A stretch of 64,000 bases of DNA from a virus. Position 1 is the stretch's first letter, and the number at the start of each line of letters is the position of its first letter. The DNA lies in IMG/VR virus record IMGVR_UViG_3300013306_000001, positions 26,096-90,095 of that record; one strand, given 5' to 3'. The position numbers and the translations under genes are program-made. Below are positions 48,566 through 61,100 of this stretch, one piece after another. The notes beneath the pieces were generated by a model. It was given only the letters and a program-made list of their open reading frames with translations. It made no database searches and was not told the DNA's origin.

Positions 48566-49468
48566 TTATGTTCCGTGCCTTTCAGTGTATCCAGCATCCA
48601 TCAAGTTTAACAGCTCCATCTGGTGAAGTCTATACTCAGTTGCCAGAAATTCAGCTAATTCTGCTCCATAGACATTCACAGAGAAACATTTTGTTTTCGC
48701 TTTTCCGTCTAGACCTCGCCAACCGGCGACATATCGGTCAACATAATTTCCATTTTTAGTCCTCACAGTCTGGAAACATACACCATGAATCCCGGATGTA
48801 TTACTTTTGAGCATTGGTTTATTACGGGCATTCAAAATAGGGTCAACCAACCTCAGATTTTCGATCTTATTGTTGGAGGGATTTCCATCAATGTGATCAA
48901 TATGTAGGCCGTCTTGATTTTCAAAGTTGTTATTTAAAGCCCAAACAATTTTATGGCCCTTGAGATGTCTACCTAAGGCATGTACGCGCCAATATCCATT
49001 GTCAAGTGACCCAACGATATCTCCAACTTTTGCTGTACTTCCCCGAGTATTGACCCTCTTCCACCTCAAACCACTCGGAGATGTTTCATCATAAATAAAG
49101 AACTCGCCTAAATACTCTCCATATTTATAATCTTTTTTATTTAAAACTATATTCAACTCCAGATTATCAATGTTACAATTCAAAGCATTCCCGTCTTTAT
49201 TCATAACTTGCCTACCCTTGGGAATCTTACCATTGAACAGTTCCCACACAACTTGGTTGATTGAGTAGACTTTCCCTTGGTACGTAATTGCCAAACGGCC
49301 TTCACTTGTAATATTACCAGCTTGGCAATCATTTATTCGGCGTACAGGTTTACCACCACGGCCAATCCGAAATGGCTCTATCCACCTAATAAATGTTGGA
49401 CTTGTTTCATCATATTTAAAAATTTCTGCAAAATTCAAATTAAAACTCCGTAATTTCTGGATGATCAA
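48566..49468 (-). CDS. homing endonuclease with tandem HNH domains and AP2-like tail
   Basis: Two YDETSP..RW...VW.L.N...DGN..N.I.NL units. Confidence 0.8.
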   Translation of the reverse strand: MIIQKLRSFNLNFAEIFKYDETSPTFIRWIEPFRIGRGGKPVRRINDCQAGNITSEGRLAITYQGKVYSINQVVWELFNGKIPKGRQVMNKDGNALNCNIDNLELNIVLNKKDYKYGEYLGEFFIYDETSPSGLRWKRVNTRGSTAKVGDIVGSLDNGYWRVHALGRHLKGHKIVWALNNNFENQDGLHIDHIDGNPSNNKIENLRLVDPILNARNKPMLKSNTSGIHGVCFQTVRTKNGNYVDRYVAGWRGLDGKAKTKCFSVNVYGAELAEFLATEYRLHQMELLNLMDAGYTERHGT

Positions 49469-51182
49469 TCAAATATTGGTCTAGATCATATAGTTTGCCA
49501 GTGTCCTTATCAAAATACACAATCCCAGCAGGGCCGGTCTCTGAGTGGTGACGATTCTTGTGTACAGTAACCTTGGTGCAGTTGCGCTCAAAATCACTGT
49601 CTGAGAGCTTATCGCGTTCTAGACTAAATGTTTGTGCAGCAGACTTCATGATTGTAGAAGTGCCAATAATATCACTTTCAGTTAGCTGTGAATTGTTATC
49701 TGTTTTTCTGGTATGACATACCAACAAGACACTAACTTGAGGATACTCTTTAATCAGCTTCTTAAACCATGCAACCAACTCTTCTTGAGCTTCAAGACTC
49801 AAACCCGCCATCAAGTCAGAATAAACGTCTGCAACAAGGATAGTAACTCCGAGTTGAATAATCATCTCAAGAATCTTTTCTTTCACAACTTCAATGGAAG
49901 CTCCCCGTTCATCACAGACCCAGAAACGAGGTGAACCATCCTCTTTCATTAGGAAGTGTTCAGCCTTGTCACGAATGTCATCACGAGATAGATACTCACG
50001 ACGTGCTGCACCATCCATGTTAATCAGGCGTACGCCCAAATAATTGGAAAGAATGTTTGTAGCCCATTTGTCTTTGGTCGCCTCAAGAGACAACACGCCA
50101 ACAATCTCAGTTGGTTCAGTCAGAACCCAATGCACGACCATGGAATCAACAAACAAGCTCTTACCGACAGAAGTTTTGGCAAAACAACAAGTTAGCTCAT
50201 TCTTGACCAACCCGCCGCCAAACATAGTTTGAGCTTTAGCCATGAAAGGTGGGAGTGTAAGTTTACTCAAGTCAGAGTAGTCAATAGCAGCAGTCAACAA
50301 ACCACTGGATGCGTGAACACCAGCCGGACTATAAGGTTTTGCTTGCCAGAAATCATTAATGAAATCTTGTTCACGACCTTCAGCGATATATTGGTTACAA
50401 TCCTTGAGGCGCATATTCATAATGTAAACACGGCCACGAGGCAAAACTTTAGCAATCTTTTCGGCCGCTTCTTTACCAGCTTTATCACTGTCTGTTGCAA
50501 TTACGATTTTCTTTGCTTGAGAGAAAAAGGCATATTGTTTCTGTACTTGCTTATGAGCCCCACTTTCACCAATTGTTGGACTAACGCAAGCTACAGGATC
50601 ATATTGTTTATTCTTCTGTGCGTCAGACAGCATCTGGAAAGCCGCGAGGGAGTCATGCTCTCCGCCACAAATAACAACAGTGCCTGTCATCGTTTTGAAC
50701 TTAAACTGACCAAAAAGTTCACAATCCTTACCAGTCTCACCTACTGGACTAGTAAAGTCTTTGGGGTGTTTCCTCAGTTTGTACCCTGAAATCTCATAAC
50801 CCTGAGTAGTTGGATAATAAGTTGCTGCAACACTGCCATCAGCTTCATCATAACTATAACGCACACCAAAAGGCCGAGAAATATCACTACGAATCCCCCG
50901 ATAACCCTTACTGTCTGTACCTGTCACTTTCTTAATCTTTTCATTTACTTCTAGATCGAAATAGCTTCCCACTACAAACTCCTCTTCATCATCTTTAATT
51001 TCACCATGTTCCTCAAGCCATTCATCACTAGGAATTGTGAATTCACAAGCCCAACAGAATGCCCCCTTTCCTTCACCATACACATGAAGATTGTTCCTAG
51101 ACTTGTCTTGCCCCTTCCTGATACACCTCGGGCAACCTGTCTTATGCTCATGAGAGGTATCAATGCCATATTTGTTACTCAA
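49440..51182 (-). CDS. DNA primase-helicase (T7 gp4-like)
   Basis: N-terminal CPRC..CWAC Zn finger, TOPRIM GGEHD/DSD, Walker A AKTSVGKS, KNR...TG. Confidence 0.9.
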   Translation of the reverse strand: MSNKYGIDTSHEHKTGCPRCIRKGQDKSRNNLHVYGEGKGAFCWACEFTIPSDEWLEEHGEIKDDEEEFVVGSYFDLEVNEKIKKVTGTDSKGYRGIRSDISRPFGVRYSYDEADGSVAATYYPTTQGYEISGYKLRKHPKDFTSPVGETGKDCELFGQFKFKTMTGTVVICGGEHDSLAAFQMLSDAQKNKQYDPVACVSPTIGESGAHKQVQKQYAFFSQAKKIVIATDSDKAGKEAAEKIAKVLPRGRVYIMNMRLKDCNQYIAEGREQDFINDFWQAKPYSPAGVHASSGLLTAAIDYSDLSKLTLPPFMAKAQTMFGGGLVKNELTCCFAKTSVGKSLFVDSMVVHWVLTEPTEIVGVLSLEATKDKWATNILSNYLGVRLINMDGAARREYLSRDDIRDKAEHFLMKEDGSPRFWVCDERGASIEVVKEKILEMIIQLGVTILVADVYSDLMAGLSLEAQEELVAWFKKLIKEYPQVSVLLVCHTRKTDNNSQLTESDIIGTSTIMKSAAQTFSLERDKLSDSDFERNCTKVTVHKNRHHSETGPAGIVYFDKDTGKLYDLDQYLIDHPEITEF

Positions 51183-51237
51183 ATCATCTCTCCCATAATC
51201 TCTAATCCCACCTTAATTCAAATGCTTTCAAGAGTTA

Positions 51238-53937
51238 CTATTGCTCGTATTCCTTCTCATACTCATCAGGAGCCATATACCAAGTCTGACCATTTTCACC
51301 GATAAATCCAACCAAATCTTTATGGTCATTGTCGTATTCTAAAGGGAAGCGTTTAACAATTTGACCATCCTGAAAATCATGTCCATATATACAAGTCACC
51401 ACCCTTACTTTTGTTCCAATTTTCATTACAGACTCCCTCGCTTAGCTTTCATAAAATCAGAATAGTGTACTAACGAACCATTGAAGAACATTGACTGACC
51501 TTCAAACGTCCACTTCTTGTTATTGTAAAATAAACACTCATACACATTAGTGCGGTAAACAGACCACTCTTGTGGGGACATCTCATGGCCTGCACCAGTA
51601 GTTTTATTTTTCATTACAGATTCTCTCCTAATTCAACTCGGATTCACACTCTGAACACCAGTCAGAGCGCTCTCCACGTACTTCTTCCTCAGAATCCTCA
51701 ACAGCCTTATCCAATTCCTCTTGACTATACATCCCCTTCATAATCTTCTGCACAAACTCAGTCAAATCCGTACCCCCACAAAACAGAATACCAGAATTAG
51801 AGAAACTTAGCAACTCATCTTTGGAATAGATGTTTAGGTTAATCTTTGAGATGTCAATCATCTTCGTTACTCAAAGCATCCCGAATAGCCTCTTCAATAC
51901 TGTCACCATAACCTGACTGACAATAAGTGTCTTCATCACCATAAATATCTGCATGCCAGCCGCCTTCATATTCAGGAGTCAATGCAATACGTCGCTTTTC
52001 AATCAGTTCAATTAGGTTCATTACATCGTTCCTCCAGTTGCTTGAGCATGTCGTGCAGATGCTTCCCATGAAGCATTAATAACACGTTCTTCTAGTTGTT
52101 CAATATAGTCTTCAAGCTCTTTCCAAGAATTACTAATAGCATCTGCATCAGTTGACTTACCAACTGAATCAATTAGGGCTAAGATAAGTTTGTCTGCTTT
52201 TAAAGAAATCATCAATACACCTCATAATATTCTTTCAACGTTTCAAAGTCTTTCATCAACTCTTCATTAACCTTACCATAAAGCACAAAATAGTTGTACT
52301 CACAATCTCGAAAGATTCGCCCATCCTGCTCTTCAGATTCTAGCAATTCCTGAATACAAGTTTCAATCTCTTTATCTTCTTCTGTATCAACAGTGAATTT
52401 GGAGATAGCCCATTCTACAGGACCAAATCCATCATTCCAGTCATTACGTACAGCTTCCATTGAACGTGCAAGATTGAAGTATTTATCTTTACTGTCAAGT
52501 GCTTCAACAACATCTGACCAATCACTGTCTTCGTCCAAACCATATTTAACCTGCAAACGGGCTTTAGCCAATACTTCTTTCTTAGCTTTCTCGGTCTTTT
52601 CAGCCTCTTGTAGCTCTTTACGGATGTTACCCTTAAGAGTGTCAGTGTGGCGGTTGAACAAGTCTTCAGCACTCTTAATCAGTGTTAACATTCGGTCTTT
52701 CTCATCGCTTACGGGGATGTTTCGTTGTAGGTCTCCAATGTAACCGGCAGCATGAGTTGTTGTAGTCTTTGTACGTGAACGCTGAGTCTTAAATTCAGAT
52801 GTGCTGTAATTATTTGGAATACCAATGTCTTTCATAATCTGTGTGATCTTCTCACGTACTTTCTGATTATTTTCGATAGCTGGGATATTCGATTGGTGTT
52901 CTTCCAACACATGAATGCGTTCACACTCAGCTTTTTCAAGGAGCTGGGCCAGACGTGTATCAACCTCCTCAATTGTATTTGGGTCACGTTGATAGTAACT
53001 GCTACCACACTTAAAAGCACTTTGTAGACCAATATTAGCTACAGATGGCATTGTAATTTTATTCAACTTCATCACTGAAGGAATATTACTTTCAGCTTTC
53101 TTTTCCAAAGCTGTCATCAAACCTTTTACAAAATCAAAAGCTTCGTCCGCTGTCTTTACGTATTTCATTGTCCTTCCTCCTCATACCAACTCATAGCCTG
53201 TTCAAACAATTTCTCTGCGTCGAAAAAGATGCTACCCGCTTGATCAACACTATCAATGCTTGAATAATAGCTATCACCATCGTGATTATAATCCCAACCA
53301 AGCTGATAACTGCAAACTTCACCTGTCTTGAAAGCAATATGGGCATTAAAATAACTGACATAACTGTGGCAATCAAAGTGTGGTTGATCCCACATTGTAC
53401 CGTCTCGATTGAATCGTGCAAATGCTGGATGTTTAGGATAGACATAGAGGTATACACACCACTTGTTCTCCCCATCATATCCAATATGTTTAGTTACAGA
53501 CACAAGAAAGTTCTTACCCTCTTTCTTCCATTCAAGCTTTGGTTTCCAGCCTTCTAGATTTGCCATTATTTAATTACCACCCAAGAATTATCGTAACTAA
53601 CCACAACAGATTCATTACCATCATATTCTTCAATGATATAACGATCAGATTCTGTCTCGTAAACTCTTAATTTAGCACACCTACCGTTAGCCTTGTCACC
53701 AAGTATTTCAACAACTTTTACAAGCACTGGATCATGTCGGCTAAAATCACCTGAGTAAAGTGACTCCCGATTATCATCTACTTCTTTGTCTCCTGTTGGA
53801 GGTTCTATCCAGTAGTGAGTACACCAAGAGTTATTTTCAGGATAAATTTTGATTCCATTAATTTCGGCATATAGCTCATATGCTTCATCACTCAAATCAA
53901 ATCCACCAAAACATGCATTATAGACAATCTTGTTCAT
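51238..53937 (-). other. cluster of hypothetical early/middle CDS, including a 318-aa coiled-coil protein (52212-53168)
   Basis: Tightly packed ORFs with AGGAG-type SDs. Confidence 0.65.
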
Positions 53938-53973
53938 CATATCTCTCCTCATCAATTAATTTCAATACGATCA

Positions 53974-54002
53974 ATAATACTCGTAAAATTCTGTGCAGTC
54001 AA
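53974..54002 (-). promoter_or_regulatory. sigma70-like promoter
   Basis: TTGACT-17 nt-TATTAT on the minus strand. Confidence 0.75.
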
Positions 54003-54021
54003 GGGTTGCGTGCAGGCCCGC

Positions 54022-54822
54022 TCACCTTTGGTGCTTCCACTGACGTTTCATCTGTGTTTCTTTCAAATCATGCCAAGGTTTCCATCCGTTAGGTTTCTTG
54101 ACAGGGTTAAATTCTTTAGCGCCTGTGATTGTCGTAAATTCGTCGAACCAGAATGTAGTGTTAGGGTTGTATCTATTCTCATAGGTTTTAAAGGTGTCAA
54201 TAAGCCCTCCTGGGAATATAACACCCTTCTGACGGACCTTAATGTCAATACCTACCAAATTAGACAGTTGGTTAGCTCTGAGAGACGCATGACCTTCATC
54301 ATTTGCATTATCCAGATAACTTGTAAAGGCTTTCTTGATCAACTCTTTACAAGAGTCTGTCATCTGATAACCAAGCCTACGAAAGTATTTGATAGCCCAT
54401 ACCCATGCATTGTATTCACAATCAATCTGCCCATTACATGAGGAAAATCCACCCATAAAACCACCATTAGCTCTAGGAGGTTGCTTACTCTTATTATGAC
54501 CTAGTTCGTGGAAATACACCAACAAATCCTCTATGCTTTCAGGGATTACCGATCTAATGTGAGAGCCTACGTGAGTGGATGCATCAAATTGTCTTTGGAT
54601 AGAAACGAATCCAAGGTTATCCTTAAGCATTCTGTAGGAAAGATACTCCACAAATGAGCGACCAGCTACAGGCATTGCCTTGGAATAGGTGCGTTGCTTA
54701 GGAAGATCCACCTTTACACAGTTCCTGAAAAAGTCACCATCTGCCCAACCAGTGAGCGGAATAGATTTTGAACTAGATCCAGTACCAACAGTTATTTCGA
54801 TAATATCACTAATCTTAGTCAT
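54022..54822 (-). CDS. HExxH zinc metallopeptidase-like protein
   Basis: YFHELGH followed by E.NAW. Confidence 0.6.
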   Translation of the reverse strand: MTKISDIIEITVGTGSSSKSIPLTGWADGDFFRNCVKVDLPKQRTYSKAMPVAGRSFVEYLSYRMLKDNLGFVSIQRQFDASTHVGSHIRSVIPESIEDLLVYFHELGHNKSKQPPRANGGFMGGFSSCNGQIDCEYNAWVWAIKYFRRLGYQMTDSCKELIKKAFTSYLDNANDEGHASLRANQLSNLVGIDIKVRQKGVIFPGGLIDTFKTYENRYNPNTTFWFDEFTTITGAKEFNPVKKPNGWKPWHDLKETQMKRQWKHQR

Positions 54823-54865
54823 CTGAGTTCCTCTAATCTGGTTGGTTTGTGATTAACGTAGACCA

Positions 54866-54958
54866 AGATTACACCCGATCCCCACACCTGTCAACACTCC
54901 TGTGCAAAATAATTTCTCTAAATTTCCTCTTGACTCCTGTGGATTTGTTGGGTAGTAT
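54866..54958. promoter_or_regulatory. divergent pair of sigma70-like promoters at the strand switch
   Basis: Minus: TTGACA(54894-89)-17-TAATCT; plus: TTGACT(54930-35)-17-TAGTAT. Confidence 0.8.
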
Positions 54959-54993
54959 GAGGGCTGTTGGATAAATTAGTGAGGAGAAAGATT

Positions 54994-56528
54994 ATGAACA
55001 AGCAAGAAATTATCAATGAAATCAAGAAGTCTGTTACAACATCTGCTGAGAATGTCCGTATGGATGCTGGTTATGGTGGTCGTATGGATGATGGCGGTGC
55101 GGCTAATATGGAAGAACGTCTTAAATATTGGCTCGATGGTATAGCATTTGCTGAAACTGGTAAGACATTTGTGTATCAGTCAACTCTACAACGTATTGAG
55201 AAAGAATCTGATCCAGAGTTTGCTGAATTCAAGCGTCTTCAAGAAAAATTTGGGAAATGAAGATATTCAATTATATCCCTCACAAATGTTGGTGGAGAGT
55301 AACTGGTAATAACGGCTTGACTCATACACCTTGTGAAAAGACTTGCATTCTGTGTAAAGAATCTATTCACTTACCTTGGGAGGATTTCTTGAAGGATAGC
55401 GTTAAGTGGGTAGATGGTAAATTTCCTTGGAGGGTAAAATGAAACGAGAAATTGAATACTGGTACAACACTGTTGACCAAGGCTGTGGTTGCTGTCACAT
55501 GAGCTTTTCTGAATACTCTATGTGGGAAGATGGCGTGTTGGTCACAGATGACTGTGGTGTTGACGTATGTGAGAATTAACAGGATTTGAGAAAATATCTG
55601 GCTCACCTAGAACCTTTCAGTGTTTCTCCTAATAGTCGGTGGTTTTGATGAACAACCTTAAAGCTTGGTACGTTACACATCTACATTCAGGAAAGAAATA
55701 CTCTTCTATTGTATTGAGTAAATCTCGATACTTAGCCTCTACATACGTTGAAGGTGAAGTGTTGAATGTAGAGGAATCTTGGGGTAAGCCTATCCGAGAA
55801 GGTGGTATCATTAGTAGCAGTGGTTGGGCTATGTATTTCTTTGACAACCACACAAAGAAAGATTATGAAGTTAGTGAAGAGTGGAAACAGTATTTGATTC
55901 GTAGACATTTTGATGATGGGATTGAGGATTAAATTATGAAAAGATATGATTATGCGGAAGGTTGTATGGAGGAGAAGGTGGACGGTGAATATGTACTTTA
56001 TTCAGAGGCTGAAGATTGGCGCAAACGTGCAGGTCGATTGACTAACAATCTTATTCAAATGGGACAAGAAAATCGTGACTTAAAAGATTACATTGAGAAT
56101 ATAAAAGGAGATGTACAGTGATCGAAGCAATCATAGAAGTGTGGTGTTCACCTCTTCTCCAAGAGGATTATTCCGTAAAGATTATCCCTCTGTGTGCTGG
56201 AGATTTATTCAACGTAGAGGATGATATCAGGGATTACCTCAATTGGGATTTCTACCTGAATACATTTGGTGTTGACTATGAAGAAGTTAAAGGTTTGTGG
56301 AAGGTTGTGTTCAAGATTTCTGTAGAATACAGCACATACTACACATATGATGGACCAGATGATGACGTGGATATTGGGCAAGAAGTTTTGTTCAAAGGTC
56401 AATGTCAAGAGTGGTCTGAGATGAAATATATCTGGCTTGAGTTGAATGGGAAGATTGATGAGTATTTTAGTAAGCCTTGGAAGAAGAACTTAGGCTTATA
56501 TCAAGATGATTTGTTAGTTAGTGATTGA
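54994..56528 (+). other. cluster of small hypothetical early CDS
   Basis: 54994-55260, 55257-55442, 55648-55932, 55936-56121, 56118-56528. Confidence 0.65.
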
Positions 56529-56656
56529 CAATCTCGGAAGAGTAGTGTCCGAAAAAATTCCGAAAAGTTTTCTACAGGCCACGATTTACAAGGGCTGTAG
56601 AGATTTGCCCTTAGGACTAGGTACTATCTAAATAACACAGAAAAAGAGAAGAAAAT

Positions 56657-57898
56657 ATGGCAACTAAAATTGAAGTTTTAGATAAGATTATGGGTAGTGG
56701 TAAGACTACAGCTATCTTAAAATGGTGCGAAGAAAACCCCACTACTGCGTTTCTGTATGTGACACCTTTGTTAAGTGAAAGTGAAAAACGTGTAGTTGAT
56801 GCTTGTATAGAAGCTAAATTCATTGCACCTAATACAGAAGAATTTGAAACTAAAGGGGAACATCTTTTAGATTTGTTACAATCTGGTGTTAACATCTCCA
56901 TTACTCATGCGCTTTACTCTAGTTTGAAAGAAACACATTTACAGTGGATCACACTAAATAAATATACTATCATTCTTGATGAAGAAGTTAGTTTTATTGA
57001 ACCATTTACAAGCAGCTATAAAAAACAAGATTTTGATTATCTCCGTTCTTTGAAACAAATTGAAGTTGCAGAAGATGGTAAACTTGTATGGTTGAATGAT
57101 GATATTGATAATGGTGCTAAGTACTCAAAACTTGCTAATATGTGCCGGCTAGGTATGATTTATCAGGCTAAACGTAGTGAGAATATGTTTGTAACCCAAT
57201 TACCTATGGGGTTGATTCATTCTGCTAATCGTGTAATCTTGTTAACTTATTTGTTTAAGGGAAGCATTCTTTCTTCTTTCTTACAACTAAAAGGAATTCA
57301 TGTTGTTGATTTTAAAGGTGTAGAAGTAAAAGAGGTTTCTAAGAAGTCTTTAATTCCTTTGATTGAGTATGTAGGAGAAAAGCAAGTTAAAGACTGGGCT
57401 GGTGAATCACTGTCATCTTCATGGTATTCTAAGAAGAATCAGAAAGATTTAACACAGTTATCCAATTCAATCCGCTATATTGGAGATGCAAATAAAGCTA
57501 AAAGTACAGACTTAGTTTGGTGTGTACCCTCTACACTTGTTAACCCTACAAAGAAGGGAGCTAACAAAATTAGTCCTAAAGGTTACAGTGCAGGTACTGG
57601 CGAGATTGATGAAGGTGGTATTGCTCATGGTTGTTTCTTAGCCTGCACAGCTCGTGCTACTAACGCTTATCGTGATCGTTCTGTATTAGTACACGCTTAT
57701 AACCGTTTCCCTCATGTTTCTGTTTCTTCATTCCTACAAGATTATGGTGTGGATGTTGACAATAATCAATTTGCGTTGTCTGAGCTAGTCCAGTTTGTGT
57801 GGCGATCACAAATCCGTGATGGAAAACCAATTAAGATTTGCATTTTGTCCAAAAGGATGAGAAGCTTGTTTCAGAACTGGTTAACGAGTGAAGACTAA
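56657..57898 (+). CDS. superfamily 2 helicase-like protein
   Basis: MGSGKTT, LYVTPL, IILDEE, QFVWRSQIR. Confidence 0.75.
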   Translation: MATKIEVLDKIMGSGKTTAILKWCEENPTTAFLYVTPLLSESEKRVVDACIEAKFIAPNTEEFETKGEHLLDLLQSGVNISITHALYSSLKETHLQWITLNKYTIILDEEVSFIEPFTSSYKKQDFDYLRSLKQIEVAEDGKLVWLNDDIDNGAKYSKLANMCRLGMIYQAKRSENMFVTQLPMGLIHSANRVILLTYLFKGSILSSFLQLKGIHVVDFKGVEVKEVSKKSLIPLIEYVGEKQVKDWAGESLSSSWYSKKNQKDLTQLSNSIRYIGDANKAKSTDLVWCVPSTLVNPTKKGANKISPKGYSAGTGEIDEGGIAHGCFLACTARATNAYRDRSVLVHAYNRFPHVSVSSFLQDYGVDVDNNQFALSELVQFVWRSQIRDGKPIKICILSKRMRSLFQNWLTSED

Positions 57899-58197
57899 TG
57901 ACAACAGTAGTCAACAAATATAAAGTAAACATGTCTGATTCTGATATAATCTACATAGGCAGAGGAAGCCCTTTTGGTAATCCTTTTGTTATGAAAAACA
58001 AATCAGATGATGAACGTATGAGAGTGATTGAATCCTACAAGAAATATTTGTGGGAAGCTATCTGTAAAGGATTAGTTACAAAAGAAATGCTTTTATCTCT
58101 TGACGGTAAGAGGCTAGCCTGCTATTGTTCACCTAAAGCATGTCATGGTGATGTGTTGGCTAAAGCTATTGAATGGGCTAAAGGGGAGTTTAAATGA
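57898..58197 (+). CDS. DUF4326 family protein
   Basis: YIGRGSPFGNPF...L.GKRLACYCSPKACHGDVL. Confidence 0.85.
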   Translation: MTTVVNKYKVNMSDSDIIYIGRGSPFGNPFVMKNKSDDERMRVIESYKKYLWEAICKGLVTKEMLLSLDGKRLACYCSPKACHGDVLAKAIEWAKGEFK

Positions 58198-61100
58198 TAT
58201 ATAATAAAGAGGAACAAGATGCATGGAGTAGCTGGGCAACAGAACGGCGACTTTCTGGTATTAAACCAAGCACAAATATGGAAGCTTTTATTAGTGGTTA
58301 TCGTATGGGTGGGGACTACTCAATGAAACGACAATGGTTTGAAGAATACATTGGAGCATCTATCACTAATATTCGACAAGGTAAGAATGAACATGTTCTT
58401 ACAACATACGCGGAGATTAGGAATGCTGAAGGTCAACTTCTTTTATCCGCATCGTTTGACCACTGTATTCAGCGTATGTACGAGGTAGCTAAAGCTATAT
58501 CAGGAGTTGAAACTAAAAAATGAACACACAAGAACTAAAACAATTTGACGAATCTTACAAGTGGTGGGGAGATTTCCTTGAAGCTCGTAAGGAAGCACTT
58601 CATGCGATGAAGCGTCTAGGGTTTTCTTATAAAGATATGCACGATCAGCTTAATTTCAATTGGGAAGGACAGGCCGAAATGATCTTGTCTTGTGATAAAT
58701 CTAAATATGAGGAGACTGAATAATGTGGGTTAACATCAGAACAGTTCTTATTGTTCTATTCTTCCCTGTAGCTTTAACAGCCTTATCCGTGTGGCTGTGT
58801 CCTATTCTTTGGGTGCAAGGGAGTAGTGCAGCCTTCAATTTTGGTGGATTTCTTTGTGTAATTACACTTGCTGCATGGTGGTTTGCTATTTGGGCTTTGA
58901 AAGGTTGGTATCAAGAGAATAAAACAAAATGATAAATCAATTCGGACACACAAACGATGTAAAATACTTTGAAGCAGCTAATGCTTTCATCAAAGCTGCT
59001 GTAGATGATGGTTGGGAACTATCTCAGACCTATCCAAGTGAGCCAACTATGCGAGCTTGTCGTCTTACACGAGATGGATTTGTAATCTCTGCAATCACTC
59101 GTAAAGATGTTGGTAAATGGAAGTATGAAGTAAGTCTAAATGCTTGGGCACCAGATGGATTAGCTATTAATCTTCCAACAGTATACAATCCAGAGACACT
59201 CTTAAAAGCAGAAAATACATGCGGTATTTGTAAGAAAGAAGTTGAGAAGACTTTTCGCTATAGTTTCGCAGGTAGGGCTTGTGCAGATTGTATTCCAGAA
59301 GCTCGTAAGAAACATGAGCAACCTGGGTGGTGTGATTAATGCACAACCTAACCAACTTCACAGAATACACCTCCCAAAACATCATTGACAAAATATTGCT
59401 TGTATGGAGTAAAGAATCAGGCTATCATTTCTTACCTTATGATGAATGGCAAGCGAATAAATTTAAACTGAGAATTGTGGGAGTGGAACTATGAACAGCT
59501 GGTATGACAAAGCCTCAGAACAAATTCAACAAGATCGTACTGATGGACTAATTTCTGACAAAGAATACTATCAGCAAATGCGTGACCTTGATGCAGAATA
59601 TCAAGAATATGTACAGCAGGAAGTTGATAGTTATCGTGACAGTTTTTATTGAGGAGAACCAACATGAATGATTATGAAGCTTATCGAGAATCTTATTGCC
59701 ATTTACCTAACTATTGCACATGCTTGCAATGTCAATATTGGGAAGATAATAACTGTGATCTGTCTCGTACACCGGATTGGCAATTACCTAAAGAGGATGA
59801 TGAAGAATGAAAGCACCAGAAAATCTATACGTAGTTGTCTGTGATGAATGGACAGGAAGCCGTTATGCTCGTTCAAACGTAGCAATCTATTCTACTCAAG
59901 ACACAGCTAAAATGGCTGCAAAGAGTATGCAAGGGAGCTACCAGACATGTGATATTGAATATTGGGTTGATGAGGTTGAATTTTGTGAGGTGTGGAAATG
60001 AACATCAAAGCAGAGTGGATTGACAAGTTTCAAGAACGGCTATGGGGACATCACACATGTGACTGGGATGCAGGTAATCGATATCCAAATTACCCTTATC
60101 AACTTGCTGTAGCTTACTTTGATTGGAATGGTGATAAACCTGAATACACAGTTGAAGAAGCTTTTCAACGTTACTTGGACAGCGATAAATGATCACAATC
60201 TTATGGACAATCGGGCTCGTCCTATTCATATTATCACTAATCCTTACACAAATTAGTGATCTACCAAGCTCTTTCAGATCATACCACAAATGGGAAGCTA
60301 GAGCATTGACAAGCATGATTCTTGCTGTATTATGCTTTGGTGTTGCAATGTACTTGACAGGTAGCCCATAAAGCAAAATTATTCTAGGATTTATGCGGTA
60401 AAATGCACCCTAGAAACCTTGTAAAGAAAGCCCGAGAGGGCTACACTGTGTTGGTCAATTAAACGTATTTGGGAGGTGTGAAATGCTGGTTAAAGATTTT
60501 ATCAAATGGCTTGAGACACAAGATCAGGAAGCTATTGTAGAGGTGCTTGTCCATTCTTCTGGAACTGGTTACTATGATCAAGGCGGAACTGTGTCTGTAG
60601 AACAGTTTGATGTATCAAAAGATTTGTACAAAGATTTTGGGAAGCATTGGGACTATACGGACTTTCGTGGCAATCAATATACACCAGAAGATGCTCACTA
60701 CTATAATAAACGATATCTACAAATTGGAAGTAAGGATAATTAATATGTCTTTGTCAATGTGCGAAGGAACATCCTGCCCCGTAAAACACAAATGTCAACG
60801 CTACCTACAAACTCCTCTTGTGAAATATCAGAGTTACTTATGCATGATTGTAGCTTGTAAGGATATGAATGAGAATGGGTGTAAATTCTTTATAGAATCT
60901 GAAGAAAATCTCTTGACACACCCCTAAAAACCACCTAAGCTATCCCTACACACAGAATATTGAGGAGAGATGTTATGAGTACGTTTGGTGATGGCACGTT
61001 CAAGCAAGGCGTGTATGAGGAAATTCAGTGGCGTATGAAGGATGCTAATCTATACACAGGCGTCGCCGTGCAAGAAGTTCTTGAGATTGCTTCCTATATG

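Noticed and set aside
33069-51182. Introns or inteins in nrdJ, DNA polymerase or primase-helicase
   Set aside because: All three are continuous ORFs of normal length with motifs in order; neighbouring HNH genes are free-standing.
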